Assembly: GCF_000150275.1 (NCBI RefSeq)
Contig: NW_002060954.1
Span: 930,001 to 994,000, forward strand
Length of the DNA: 64,000 bases
From: Trichoplax adhaerens
Lineage: Eukaryota > Animalia > Placozoa
Reading direction: 5' to 3'
Shown: piece after piece, positions 27,915 to 41,451 of the stretch
Layout: each line of letters starts with the position of its first letter
Position numbering within the stretch: position 1 is the stretch's first letter
The notes under the pieces: model-generated
What the model saw: the letters and a program-made list of their open reading frames with translations, nothing else
Told to the model about the DNA's origin: nothing
Databases searched by the model: none
Program-made: the position numbers and the translations under genes

Positions 27915-28335
27915 AGGCGGTACAGTACGCATGCACCGTACAAGGGTACCGCTTCCGAAACGAAACCGTCTCTGAGCTTTTCCTACTGCTGTGCATTGGA
28001 CAGACACACTCACGGTGGTAGTGGTGTTCAAACAGGCATTTCGCACTAGGAGATTGACTACAAAAAAAATCTCCATGCTGTATGGTGCAGTGTGCTCGGC
28101 ACGTGCTGACGTACGGCTGCCGGGTTGCGTGCAGTACATACAGTCCAATGTACTGTACACTGTACACTTTACATTTACTGTGCTGTACTGTACACTGTAC
28201 TGTACACGAGTTGGAGGTGAAACCATAGTCCATAGGGTATGTCCAAGTGTCCGTTGTCCAAGTCTCCTTCTAGTGGTCCATGTATTGGGTTATGGTTTTA
28301 CAGTATTTGTATGACATACTGTACAGTATACAGCA
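27915..28335. promoter_or_regulatory. Pentamer cluster and GC-richer segment in the BRMS1/NDH-2 divergent gap
   Basis: tgtactgtacactgtacac and gctgtactgtacactgtactgtacac at 28149-28207, with further copies to about 28690. Confidence 0.55.
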
Positions 28336-29719
28336 CATTAAAAAAGCTGTCAAAGTAAAATCATCAAGGTGACTAAAATATTATGCCGGATTTCATTTAA
28401 TTAAAATGATCAGCAAAACAGTCAAGTCTAATCAAATAAAACATGCTCGTGCATAGCTGTGTTTTCACCGTACAGTACAGTGAAGGTGCATCAAGGAGTG
28501 TAGTAGGTTGAAGAAGACCAGGATCCTTCTTGTTCTAACGTTATAAGTACCTGCGTTGCCTTAGTTTATTACAAGTTATGCGAAAAGTTTGGAAAGGGAC
28601 ATTGAAGAAACGTTTTTAGATTCAGATAGATTTACAATACAGTACACTATACTTCAGATCACTGCTACTGTATACTGTACAGTACCATGTATCGTCGTAT
28701 ACGTTCGCTTCCTAGCGAGCGGATTCAGGCTAGTATATGTAAATAAAAGTCATCATATTGTATTCTTGGACACATACATAGCAAGAAAATACTCAAGAAA
28801 ATTCAGTCCACGTTACTAACTTTAAAAGAAAGAGCAAATTATTCGGAATTGCTAGCTGCAGTTAGCTAGTGGAACACCGAGAGCATTTGCCATCAGACTC
28901 TTCCAAAATAGTATTACACTGTAAATAGTCGTCTAAGTCTAAAATCTGTCCGCCCCTTTATTGGATAATAAAAAAGTTGCACTTTCGCCCATGATTTGCG
29001 GCGAATCAACTGCAAGATACCTTATGAGTGGACAGTAGGTAGGCATGACGGGGTAGGGTACGAGAATGCTCATTGCTGATAGACAAAGTTCAGCCAGAGG
29101 AGCCAGCATGGCAAGAAGCTGCAGCTATACATTATAACTACGATTTCTCTATTTGTCACATACTGTACAAAACGTTTGTGCTGCCAAAATTTGCATAGCA
29201 AGTCCACCAGCACGATCTCATTCTTATACCACCTTTTAATCTTAAAGGGTATTTTATAAGCTTGCTAATATTCAAAATGAAAAAGTCATTACATAAATGT
29301 TAGTCGTATACACGTATAATAATTCATTTTTATGTCAAGTATGGCACTTGCAAGGGTATAACCAAGGTAGAAGAAAAGAATCTTTGTTTTGCTAGTATTT
29401 ATTCTCTTCTCCTATGCAACATCGTAGATGGATACAGTATGCTAATAGAAATGTACAGTATACTACAGTATGCTTGTATGTTTAACGAATGAATGACATA
29501 GTACTAGTTACTATGGTAAGAGTGTAGGCTGTTAGTTATACTATTAGACAACTAAAGCCAACGATATTGACAGTAGTGTACCTACTATTTACGGCCCCAA
29601 TGCTGTAGCTATACTGAATGATAGGATAGAAAGAGTCCATAAAAATTGATTCAATTTGAATGAATATTCAGTACGCATGCATTTATAAACTATAAATTGA
29701 TATCTGCATAGGTAAGAAA

Positions 29720-32630
29720 ATGTTGGCACTTAGAAGAACTAGTGCAAAGATCTCCAATCTTAACAGTAATTTCACTCATCAACTTCGAAGCTATGCATCA
29801 TCGAGACAACAACTAGTGATATTAGGCACTGGATGGGGCGGCTTTGCCCTATTAAAAAATATCGATAAGAGAAAGTATGATGTGGTGGTTGTTAGCCCAC
29901 GAAATCATTTCTTATTTACACCCTTATTGCCGAGTACAACTGTTGGAACATTAGAATTTCGTAGTATTATTGATCCTATTCGAAATCATGGCTTTCGTGA
30001 TGAGAAACATTTTCACTTAGCAGAAGCAGAAGATATCGAATTCAAAAGAAAAATAATATCATGCCGCTCCGCCTTGCAACCTTCACTTACCTACGAATTA
30101 AAGTATAATAAATTAGCTATCTGTGTAGGCGCTGTACCGAACACATTTGGAGTGCCTGGAGTGTATGAACATGCCTATTTCCTCAAGGTTTGCAAAATAC
30201 GATACTACGAAATGCAATGGAATTCTTACTGTGTACTATACCGTTATTGCAATTAACACTACAAAATAACCTCCTTTCTACGGTAGTAAAGTGATGGTTA
30301 ATATCGGTTAATGGGTAGCATCGGTGTTATCCACTAATTCTCCTGGATGGGATCGGCATTAGCTATAACAGTTCCATACATGCAAAAAATACAGATTACG
30401 TATCCGATACGAGTATAGTAATACTTTGTGATCTACTCTAGTTGCATAAAATGCCCAGTGTGTAGTACTCGTATTTCCTCTCATCATTTACGTATTTAAT
30501 TAATGAACTAATTAATTTGTACTTCCATATCATGTTACTATCTCATAGTATTGCCCAACTACAGTGCTTGCTTACTCATATACGCATAAAATTGTAATTA
30601 AGCATTCTTGTATAGGAAATAGCCGATGCTCGAGCAATTCGTCATCGTATCCTGCGCAACTTTGAGCTCAGTACAGAAAGCGTAATTAAAGATGAAGATC
30701 GTAAGCGTTTATTACACACTGTTATTGTTGGTGGTGGCCCAACTGGAGTAGAATTTGGAGCTGAATTGTATGACTTTATTATACAGGTAAACGTCACTAC
30801 TTTTGCTACTCCCGCTGTAAATTATACTTACTGAATTTGCAGTATGACGATTTCCGATAACGCATTTTACTTACACTTCTACTCGAATGCTAATTATTAG
30901 ACGTTATTAGAAGCTTTTATATAAACTAGTAAAGTTTACCCCTTCTAAGCTTCACTATGATAATCCCAGGACGTCGCTAAAATCTTTCCCAGTTTGCAAA
31001 ATATGGTCCATGTCACGCTCGTGGAATCAAGAGAAATATTACCATCATTTGATGATCGATTAAGAGCTCATGCCGAAAAAAAAATTGGTAAACGTGAGAG
31101 AATGAAGTTATTAAGAGGAACTGTTGCTGGTAAGGTGTTAACGGTGTAAAGGATAATAGCGTAATTCATGACACGCTGCAGCAGTTAAAACTACGCTGTT
31201 TATCAGTCATAAGCTGAATACTGACTGACCTGATCATGTTAATACTCGATATTACATGCCATTGCAATAGAGGTCAACCACGACGGCATTAAGTTAACAG
31301 ACGGCACAAACATTCAGTGTGGCTTAACGGTCTGGTCTGCAGGCTTAGCACCAAGGTCTTTAATCAAAAATGAGAATGCACTATTGCTACCTCTAAGAAA
31401 ATTCCGTAACTATGATCATCTGTTAATCTAGATGCTAGTATTGAAGATAAATTTAAATTGAACTCTAAAAGATTGTATAATTTGTATCCAGTTTCTTTAC
31501 AATAAAATAGTTTTAGAGTGTGTCAAGTGGTCTATCAAAATTAATGGTTTTTATTGATTTATTTGTATCAATGTAAAATGTTTTTGTAGAGAATTAACTA
31601 CTCGTTTGGATCTTCCTAAAACCAAACAAGGACAGGTATTTACTATACACTATTGTAATTATTATGATGTTCAGTTTCATACTGGTAAATTTTCCATAGC
31701 AAAATATATATTTGCAGTAGGCTTTGTCATAGGCTTTGACAGTCATGTTTATTAATTAAGCAAAATTATTGATACCAGTCATTCCGCTAGTTTATTACCT
31801 CTAACGTATAGTACCACCGCTCATGGACCGCGTACAAACTCCTTTTCTATAATAGTAAATGCCGAAAGTTTTAAAATTAATACGTACATACAAGTATAGT
31901 GTTTGCTTTATTAATCGAGTGACAATATTAACACTATGTTAGGTCATTGTCGACAATTATCTCCATACGATAAAACAGGACGTTGAAGGTGTCTACGCTT
32001 TAGGGGACTGTTCATACCTTCAAAGTACACCCTTACCGTGTACTGCACAGGTAATTGAAGTATTTTATGCATTTGTTACTATAACTGCCAGAAGATATGA
32101 CAATATAATTAATGGAGCAATTAGGTAGTATACCTTCAAAAACAATAAATTTCATACGCCATGATCTGGCCTCAAATTTGAAATCTCAATTGCAAAGTTA
32201 ATAATCACTATCATATTTAGAACAGTATCGAGATTCTTTCAATCAATATCAAATTTTGTACTGATAGGTTGCAGAAAGAGAAGGTAAGTACTTAGCAAAG
32301 GTACTAAGTAGCAGTCAGTCAGCTCCAAAGCCTTTCTTTTTTAAAAGCCTTGGTATGCTTGCATACGTTGGAGAACAAGATTCCCTAACTGATCTGCCTT
32401 ATGTGAAGTGGCAAGGTCTTATACTACTAATGCTAAACTTATTTTTCAAACTTCATTACGTAATTAGTAACGCATCTTTCTAATCTTTATCTGACATTAT
32501 AGGTTTTAAATCATGGATATTGTGGCATTTGGCATACACAACTCGTCTGGGAAGCTGGAGATTAAGAATGCAAGTTCCAATTGATTGGTTTAAGACCTTC
32601 ATCTACGGCAGGGATATTTCTAGATTTTAG
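29720..32630 (+). CDS. Type II (alternative) mitochondrial NADH:ubiquinone oxidoreductase, NDH-2/Ndi1-like, 437 aa, 8 exons
   Basis: Exons 29720-30187, 30616-30786, 30970-31129, 31271-31355, 31590-31635, 31943-32050, 32268-32415, 32503-32630 total 1314 nt in frame. Motifs VILGTGWGG, SPRNHFLFTPLLPSTTVGTLEFRSI, VIVGGGPTGVEFGAEL, ALGDC, TAQVAEREGKYLAK and FIYGRDISRF. Basic, Ser-rich presequence-like N-terminus. Confidence 0.93.
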
Positions 32631-33798
32631 TTTTTATTCATAAATTCAAATAGTTACTTTTGAGGACTACGGTGTCACTCTAAAAATACGTCACTACTTC
32701 TATATATAAATAAGTATATGGCAAAATAACATTTTGAACAAATATAGTCTAAAAACTTATGTACTTAAATTTTTTTAAGGAATTTATTGCATTTTACAGT
32801 CATAAAAATATGATAAAGCAATAATAATAAGATATCATAACTTAAGCCTATTAATCACCTTATTCTTATCGCTCATTTAAACAACTGAATCTATTTGTAT
32901 AGATAGATTTACGATTTATCGGTTGCTATTCCTAGATATCTGCAAAATACCATATAAATCCACCCAACCAAGGTAGAGTACTAATGCTATATGCATGAGT
33001 CTTAGTTGTGCACTCTGTAATAAAGTGAACTTTTCCAGTACCGTATCACACTACAATAATCAATGCTGGCCACAAAAAGTGTGTGTGATGATCACAGAGA
33101 ATTTCAATGTACTGCATAGCTTCTCTACTTTCGTAAAAACATGCTTGATTTATTTATCTATCTTCATGCTCTGTAGCCATACAGTTATTACCTAGGTGTA
33201 CGTATACAATTACTTTCGTTATAATGTATCATTTGAATAAAATCAATGAAGGCAGAATTTAACATTCTTGGACGACCATCTCTTATAGCTCTGAGCTTTT
33301 CTTTCTATCATTTTATGACTGATAACATGCACATCCATATACTGATGTCAATTAACTACTATAGTTTATTGGATCTAACACCTAACGGACATCGTTTTCC
33401 ATAAGCATTTGATAAATTTAGGTGTTTATTTCACCGTTATGTCATAAATGATCCTATTGCCCCTTCACATTAAATTTCCGAGGTAAACCGTTAATTGGTA
33501 CCGAATACTTTTATATTAAATACAGTAATACTTCAATGCGAGACTAATTTAACATGTTAGTTTAACTGTTCTGTCGGAAGCTTACAAGTCCAATGGAATG
33601 GCATGTATGCGATTAACAGCACCGATAGCGAACTTTTTAGGCAGATATATATAAATCTAATTTTATTGGTAAAGTCGTAAGATCACTTTATTACATAGTT
33701 AACAGCAAAAGACGATCGGTTATATGGCAATGGTTATACATCAATATTTATGTAATGTAGCTGAAGAATTTTTCGATTTTAACTTGAACTAAGATATG

Positions 33799-36700
33799 CT
33801 ATGTCAAACTGATTTCATCTTGGATCTTTGAATCAAATTCTGCTTGTGTTATCTGTTAAAAAAATATCAGACTCCATTAACACTAAGGCAATCGCCAGCT
33901 TTTAGAAATAGTAGCGTAAAATGATGCTAAGTATACTATAAGGGCACTTTGTCGTGAATAACATTCATGCATGATAACAAGAGCATTTGGCAGAGCAACA
34001 GCTAGCATCTCCCAATCATTATGGTAGATTGGAAGGTAGCAAAATACGTTAAAGCAGATTAAAAGTACTTTCTCAACATAAGTATAACCTTTCTAAAATG
34101 ATAAGATAATTTGCAGAACACTGTAATGTAATTTGTAGAATATACCTTCTTTCTTTTTAATTTTTTCATTAGATTAATTTCTTTAGTTAGATCGTTGAAT
34201 TCATCCATGATCTCGTCATATTTCTCCTATTTTTAGGTATAACGAAAATATTACGGCAACTTATTTTAATTAAGTTTGATAAAAACTTTATAAATTAGTA
34301 TTCGTACTATAACTTTGTAATAAATCAAATAGAAGTCGATAATTTGCTTATACTTTTATATGTATTTTTTTAAATTGCTTAAATTAAATTTTTTAAACTT
34401 AAACGACACTTATAATGTTAAGCTATACAGTACTTTTAAACTATTTTATCATTAATATACCGCAATCTTTCTTTTACTATTGCGTTCTTTAACTAATCTC
34501 TTCTTTTCCTTTTTCGCTTCTCGTTGCTTTTTCTTCGACCATGGTTCATTCTATAGGTAACATATTTGACAAAGACATATACAATTAAACTTAAAATATG
34601 TCCTTACTTAATACATCATTCATAATTTTATTTTATTCTTCCAGTATAACACCTTCGAGTTATTCTTAGAAGATCTTCTCTTGTTACTATTCGTAGGCGC
34701 TACGGTAAATCAAGTAATCGCAATTAGAATATATTATTATTGAGCACCGTATAAAAAACCTGCAGACATAGTCAAATTTATCGTTAAATTTTCAATAACA
34801 AAACACTAACGCTGATTTTTTAGAGCAATTTGTCTTTGTTTTTCTTTAGCCTTGTTTCTGTGTAATTTCACATGTATTAATAGTAAACATTGACAATAAC
34901 TTAGTCGATCCACCTTTTGTATACAGTACATATTACCACGAATATTCAAATTATATCTAACTTATAAGCTATGGCATCAACGTCAATATCGACAGTTTCG
35001 AATAGGCTGGTGTTAACGTTGCGTAACTCTGGCATCTTTGGCATGCGAAGTAAGCCAAAACCGCGTGCCATTGAACAAAGATCGAGCTCTTAGAAAATAT
35101 TTAGAACTCAATTAACTACTCAAAATTTTTTCAATAATCGATACTGATATCTAGTACATTACCTTTCACTCTTAAAATATAACTGCATTCGTGCTTACGA
35201 TAAGATGATACAAAAGATACAAACGCCCTTATTCCCTTTTCATATATTTCTCTGCATAAGTAGCAAGAACGAAAATTTTGTGTGAGTCACATAATAAATA
35301 ATCCTTAAACTATGAGTAGGCCAGTCTATGTGAGAGTAGCCATCGATACATAACAAATAAAAAACCGATTAAATATTACCTATCACTTTTAGATAATTCT
35401 TGCAATTTCTGAGTATAATCTGCTACTTCATGATTTGATGTAAATCGTGCAAGCGGTACCTAAAAAATGAAACATTAACATAACGCTTTCCGTAGTGTTA
35501 CACTGAGTAATTCTGTAGTCTAGTTGAGCCCATAATTCGAATGTGAGGATTTAAAAAAATTACAGTACCGGTAGCAAAGTCATACCTTCTGATTTAGCGA
35601 TAAAAACTGAACATAGGATTCTTCATTCGGATTTAAAAATATTATAGCATTTCCTGTAAAACAACAATTTAGAACAGTGTTATCAATTACTCTAATAACT
35701 ACTCGTGCGTATCGTTAACTTCCAAACCTTTATTTCCAATTCTTGCAGTGCGGCCACAGCGATGAACAAAAGCACTAGGAAGTATACAAAATAAAACATT
35801 AACAAGTCCCGGTGTACATAATAATAATCCAAAAAAGCTAATAATTCTTTAAGATATGTATACAATACACTCCGTCAGTAGCTATTACTTAGTTTTGTTG
35901 GGAACATCATATTGAATAACCCAATGCACTTCTGGGATATCTACACCTCTCGCGAGTAAATCTGTGCAAACAAGGAGTCCCCTAATTGGATCATTAATGG
36001 TATGGAAGTACGCTTGAAATCTTGCTTAAAAATTGAAAGCAACGAAACTACAACGTAAATTGGATACCTAGACATTTTGCGAAACTTCTCAAATATTAGT
36101 GTCCTCTTCTTCTTCATTTTACCGTGCATACAAAGAATGCACATATCCGGTAGTAAACTATTGCAAAGTATTAGCATAAGGTTTGCACTTCGATTAAGGT
36201 CGTACTTTGCGAGCAGAAGTAATTTTATTTATACAAAACACGTGGATACTTCAATTAGGACGAACATTATCTGCGGAAACACAGTATTTACCATTTTAAA
36301 ACATTACCAAAATATTCAACACAAGCACATGTGCTAAAAAAGGTCATATGTTTTAAATTCTGCAAATTAAAACTAAAATTAATAACTTTTAGATAAATAA
36401 ATGGCTAGTAACACTATCAAGGCTACAAGAATGTTTTACATTGCTAATTAAGAAATTAACAACCTTTCTTTCTTTTAGAAAATGAATCAGATTTGAGAAT
36501 TTTGTATCAAACCCACATAACTGTAGAAAAAAGTATAAATAAGTCTATTGCATGGAATGAAATGATAACTAATGATATAATATGTGTCAGAGACTTAAGA
36601 TTGAAGCATTGCATTAAATTATACTGTTGTAATAAAAACGGATGTACTACATCATACAACAGTCGACTATTGTGAGAAAGAATAATTTTCAGAAATGCAA

Positions 36701-39349
36701 CTTTGTTAGCGACATATCACAATTTAAGCTAATCAACGTCGAGAATTTCTAATTTAACCTCAACACAATCGTAAATATAAATTACGAATTTTTTGAATAC
36801 CATGTAGTAATTTTCAAGTGCGGCAGGAGTTTTTTGGTCTATCTGTTATTGAAAGGCAATACGAATGTATTAATATTTAGTAATTGACATAAACTATAGC
36901 CCTAATGTCTTTTGAAATTCATAATAATTTAATGATGTAAGCTGACATTTATTTTGCGATGTAGCATCAAATTTTTAATTTTATCATATACTTGTCAATC
37001 TGGTAAGCTATCAAAATTTAACCAACTTACCTGCTTCACGATATTTTTCTCACGAACAGTAATACGAACTGGATTCCTTAACCCGGCTCTAATAAGCTGT
37101 TCTAGCTTTTCAGTTTGAGTAGCAGAAAATAACCCCTAGTTCCATATATAATTTAGTTTAGACTAATCACATCCAAAATAATGGTATTTATTCCTCTGAA
37201 AAGATTACATGCTCAAAATTTTTATCAATTACCGTTCTCCTTTGCTTAGGCAAGTAACTAAAAATTGTATTAAGACTGTAATACACAAGCATATCAAAAT
37301 GTACAATCAGGATTAATTTCGAAAAAGTTGAAGTCTAGTGTTAAGTATGGAAGGATTTTCTTTTAATATTCTAGTTTAACAACAGGAGTTTCAAAATGCT
37401 CCTTTGATATGCTAATTACTGCTGTACATCACCTCTCTTCGAATCCCAGATCTAAAAGCCTATCTGCTTCATCTAGAACCAAAACTTCCTATAACAGGCG
37501 ATAAAATTTTAGAAACCTTTATAAATCAGCACTATGTAAGTTACAGTCTACTTGTTAGCTGTACTGTACTACTTGCTCTACAAAACCGAATTGGAAACAT
37601 TCACCAACAACTAAACACGATAGCTTAAAATTTAGAATCAAGTACTTCTTTTACCAGAGCTTTAATGTGGCCAGCAATATTAAAATCCGTTTTGCGCCTA
37701 TCTATAATATCCTCAAATCTTCCAGGTGTAGCAATTATTATATTGCCTCTACAATTATATCAGGAATAAATATTATTGTTTTCCCTAATATCATTAAGAA
37801 GTCTAAATAAAGCTATTTGCATTATCTAACCCATATTCTTTCCACATTTTTGCATCATTAACGGTATTGTTTCCACCAATGAAGAGAATTTGACTGTACG
37901 GAAAATCAATCAGATAGAGCATAAATGTAGATATTAAACTAGTATTAATTTATTGGCACTAATTGACGTCTGGTTATCTCAAGTGGAGAATTATATTTGT
38001 AGTGGCGCATAGTTCTAGAGCTTAAAGTATTGCTATAACACGTAACTATTAAAGTAGCAAATTTTTTGGCCTTGATGTTGCCGTATGTGATGATATTGAT
38101 TCAAACTGTAACTTTAAATCGTAATGGAATGTATCAAACCTAAGATCTTGCATATTGTCTAAAAATGGTTGTATAACTGTATGAATTTGAATAGCGAGTT
38201 CTCTTGTTGGTGTCAGAATTATAGCACCTACCTGAGAAGAAAGTAGCATAATTATATCAACTAAATATTAATATTAGACCATAATTGTAGCTATTATACA
38301 TAAGACTTACATCATATTTCCTTAGTTTCGTATCTCTATAATAGAAATAGATCAATTACATCATCTATTAAACTATCAAATAAGAGAGCACAAGGCATAC
38401 GTACTATCATAACCGACTCAAAGTCTAAGATAGCTACTGTTAGAGATGAAATATAGAAATGTTGCACTCAGAAGCTCCACAATCTATATTGCTATATACT
38501 GTAGAATAGGGCAATCACAGTACAATAACGTAGACATACAGACATGTAGACTTATGTCGTTGCAGCAAATCTATAACAATAACCGAAGTATGCAAAATAT
38601 TGAAATATAGTATTAGAATCAAAAGCAAACTATACGAGTACTGTATATTATTTCAGGATTAATAAATTGATCATAAATAGTTATCATTATTATTATTATC
38701 AGATCCACTACTAGCCCAAAATTTCGGGTCTTTCATCGATAAATAAAAATGTAGTACCTTTTGGATAACATTTGCAATATAGGTATAACAAATGCAAGTG
38801 TTTTACCAGATCCAGTGACCTATCAATAGAATAGAACGTGTATGTATATATAATCGGAATTTTGCGTAACACAGTTCATAAATAAATTAGAATATAATTA
38901 TCATTCGAAAAATACAAATCGCAAGTGTACAATGCCACAGCTTAATAAAAATATGAACAGCGCAGTTTGATTAAAATTCTCATTTCGACCAAATCAAGTA
39001 TTGTCATTGTAACAGACTTACAGCTTCAACGACAACGTCTTTATACGATAGGAACGCCGGTATCGTTGCTGACTGATGAATAAGAAAACAAAAGACATTA
39101 CTTTGTATACAGTATTCGTAGTAGCTAACATGGGACATATCGAACACAAACTAGCTTTAGCAAGACTAGAATAGGCAATCGTGTATAGTCGAATTATTAC
39201 AATCAGGATTTTGTGCATTTTCAAATACGATAAATTACCTGAACGGGTGTCATCGTTTGAAAGCCCAAAGATTGAATCGTTACAAGAGTACTAGGTAGTA
39301 ACAGAGATTCAATGGAATTCCACGATGCATGCCCATTAATAGGATTCAT
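33799..39349 (-). CDS. DDX55: ATP-dependent DEAD-box RNA helicase DDX55 (Spb4), many small exons
   Basis: [116 protein letters not shown] and [15 protein letters not shown]. Confidence 0.92.
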
Positions 39350-39629
39350 CTTTATTATTTGTATAATGACAATTATACACTTATACGCGTATAGGTATAT
39401 AACTAGTGCAGTACAGTCTATTTCTGGTTGGGACTAGCTCAAATTAAACTGAATCGTTCAATTACTACTAAATGATCTAAACTAGTTCTTTCGAGAATAA
39501 TTTCATGTTATGTTAAGTTGATCTTGATCTGCACTGCTGCAAGGGGTGAAGACTAAGAAGGGTATGCAGTCTTCTGAGCAGACCTCAGAACCTGATCCTG
39601 CAATCAAGAAACAGCTAGTTATTACTCTA

Positions 39630-40260
39630 CGGTACTGTAGTCTGTACTGTACAGTATAATACATTACACTCACCGTACACTGTACTGTACAGGGCACTCA
39701 GTGTAGAGTTTCTGCAACATTTACGTTCAGTACGAGGAATTAATCGACCGACGTACGTACGTACAGTATTTTTGACTTCGCTGTCTGAGCCTTCTGAAGA
39801 CATGTACTGTACACTATACAGACCACTGTTACGGCGTGACTTGCAATAAATAGATACTGTACTGTGTACTGTACAGTGATCAATGATCATAGGGTAAGAT
39901 GATGTGCATTATGATTTATGTAATGTAATACTGTACAGTACAGTACAGTAGTACAATGTACAGTATGGTTCAATTGTTTCTTGACAATAGTACAGTACTA
40001 TACTGTACACTGAGTGTACACTGTACAGTACACTACAATTATTACTACAGTATGTAAGGACTACGAGAAGAAAGCTTGCTTTCCTTTCAAATGTTTGTTG
40101 TACTGTACAGTACACTGTACAGTATGCCTGTACTGTACAGTGTACAGTGTACAGTATCTTTACTCCATTGTAAAACAGACTCTGCTGTACTGTACTGTAC
40201 TGTACACATGGTTCACTTTACGGAGTTGTCATAGTGATAATACTGTACTGTGCTGAATGT
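39630..40260. promoter_or_regulatory. Pentamer cluster upstream of DDX55
   Basis: Many ctgtactgtacag and tacagtacagtac runs. Confidence 0.6.
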
Positions 40261-40894
40261 GCGTAGAATCTAAGAAATAAATTTTATTATAATTTATTTA
40301 ATTTAATTTAGTTTTAACTCTCTCAATTTGGCTACTGAACTTATCCCTGTATATACTCAAAGGTCTACTCACACTAAAATTTATATGTATATTAAAGGAT
40401 AATTAATTATAGACTAGCAACTAATCTGATATCTAGTGAACTATCTCTGTACTGTAAGGTTTCTATAAAGTAAGGCTAGTACAGTACAATTATGCATTAT
40501 TGAATATACGCGTACGCGTATACGAACAAAGTTCTTTCATTGCTCATTAACTATTAATTCCGTTATAATTACTAGCTACCCTTGCTCTTACCAACTAAAC
40601 TATAGACCACTATTACAGGGGCGTGGCGAGCCCTCTAAAATGGTTGAAAGACGTTCAGCTATAGTGTTGCCTTAAATTATGTCTTTATATTGTGTAGAAA
40701 TGTACTTTCAATTTGGCTCAGATTCCATGCAGACAGATCAGTACAACCTTGAGTAATTGGCTCTTGATATTTTGATTACTTTTTATTGCAGTATTGAATA
40801 ATTCTATTTAAAGTTTCTACTACAAACTGTCAGTCACTGTTATATGTTCGGTCGCTCCAACTCATTTTACTGAACATATTAATAGGAATCCCAC

Positions 40895-41345
40895 GTACTG
40901 TACTCAGTGTACTGTACAGTACAGTACTTTAGGAGGGTAGACCGGTAGACTACAGTACAGTACACTGTACAGTACTACTGTAGCGCATATAGACTGAGTA
41001 ATATGCGTGAAGTAAAAACTTAAGGTTTCTGTAACTTTCAAGTGCACATTTTTATTGCCCTGAGTGTACACTGTACAGTACTGTATATTCACAGTCTACA
41101 GTACACTGTACTGTGCGTTTAGTACTATACAGTAGTACAGTACTATACAGTACAGTACAGTGTACTGTACATCACAGGACAAGTAAAGCGCGGGGTACTG
41201 TACAGTACTGTACTGTACTGTACGTGCAATGTAAAATTTTGAATCCGGCTCACTGTCAATTCAAAAAAAGCCACTACAGTACCGTAAAGTACGCGTAGCT
41301 CTGTACTGTACTGTACTATGAGGATATATCACATAGTACTGTGCA
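40895..41345. promoter_or_regulatory. Pentamer cluster directly upstream of the 14-3-3 gene
   Basis: Dense TACAG/CTGTA runs ending about 110 bp before the ATG at 41452. Confidence 0.6.
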
Positions 41346-41451
41346 GTCTACACAGTTATCGATTCGCTGTGAACGTTGTTTGTTAAAAAAGTAATATCGC
41401 TCTTTCGCTACTATTGGATTCAGTATCCCTGGAAAATCTTATCCATCTGTA

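Noticed and set aside
7914-32630. Functional clustering of the mitochondrial genes COX7A2L and NDH-2
   Set aside because: They are separated by five unrelated genes, so chance is a sufficient explanation.
35301-35322. Resemblance to the U12 snRNA 5' end (ccttaaactatgagtagg)
   Set aside because: The match ends after about 18 nt, with no following conserved segment or Sm site. It lies antisense in a short DDX55 intron.
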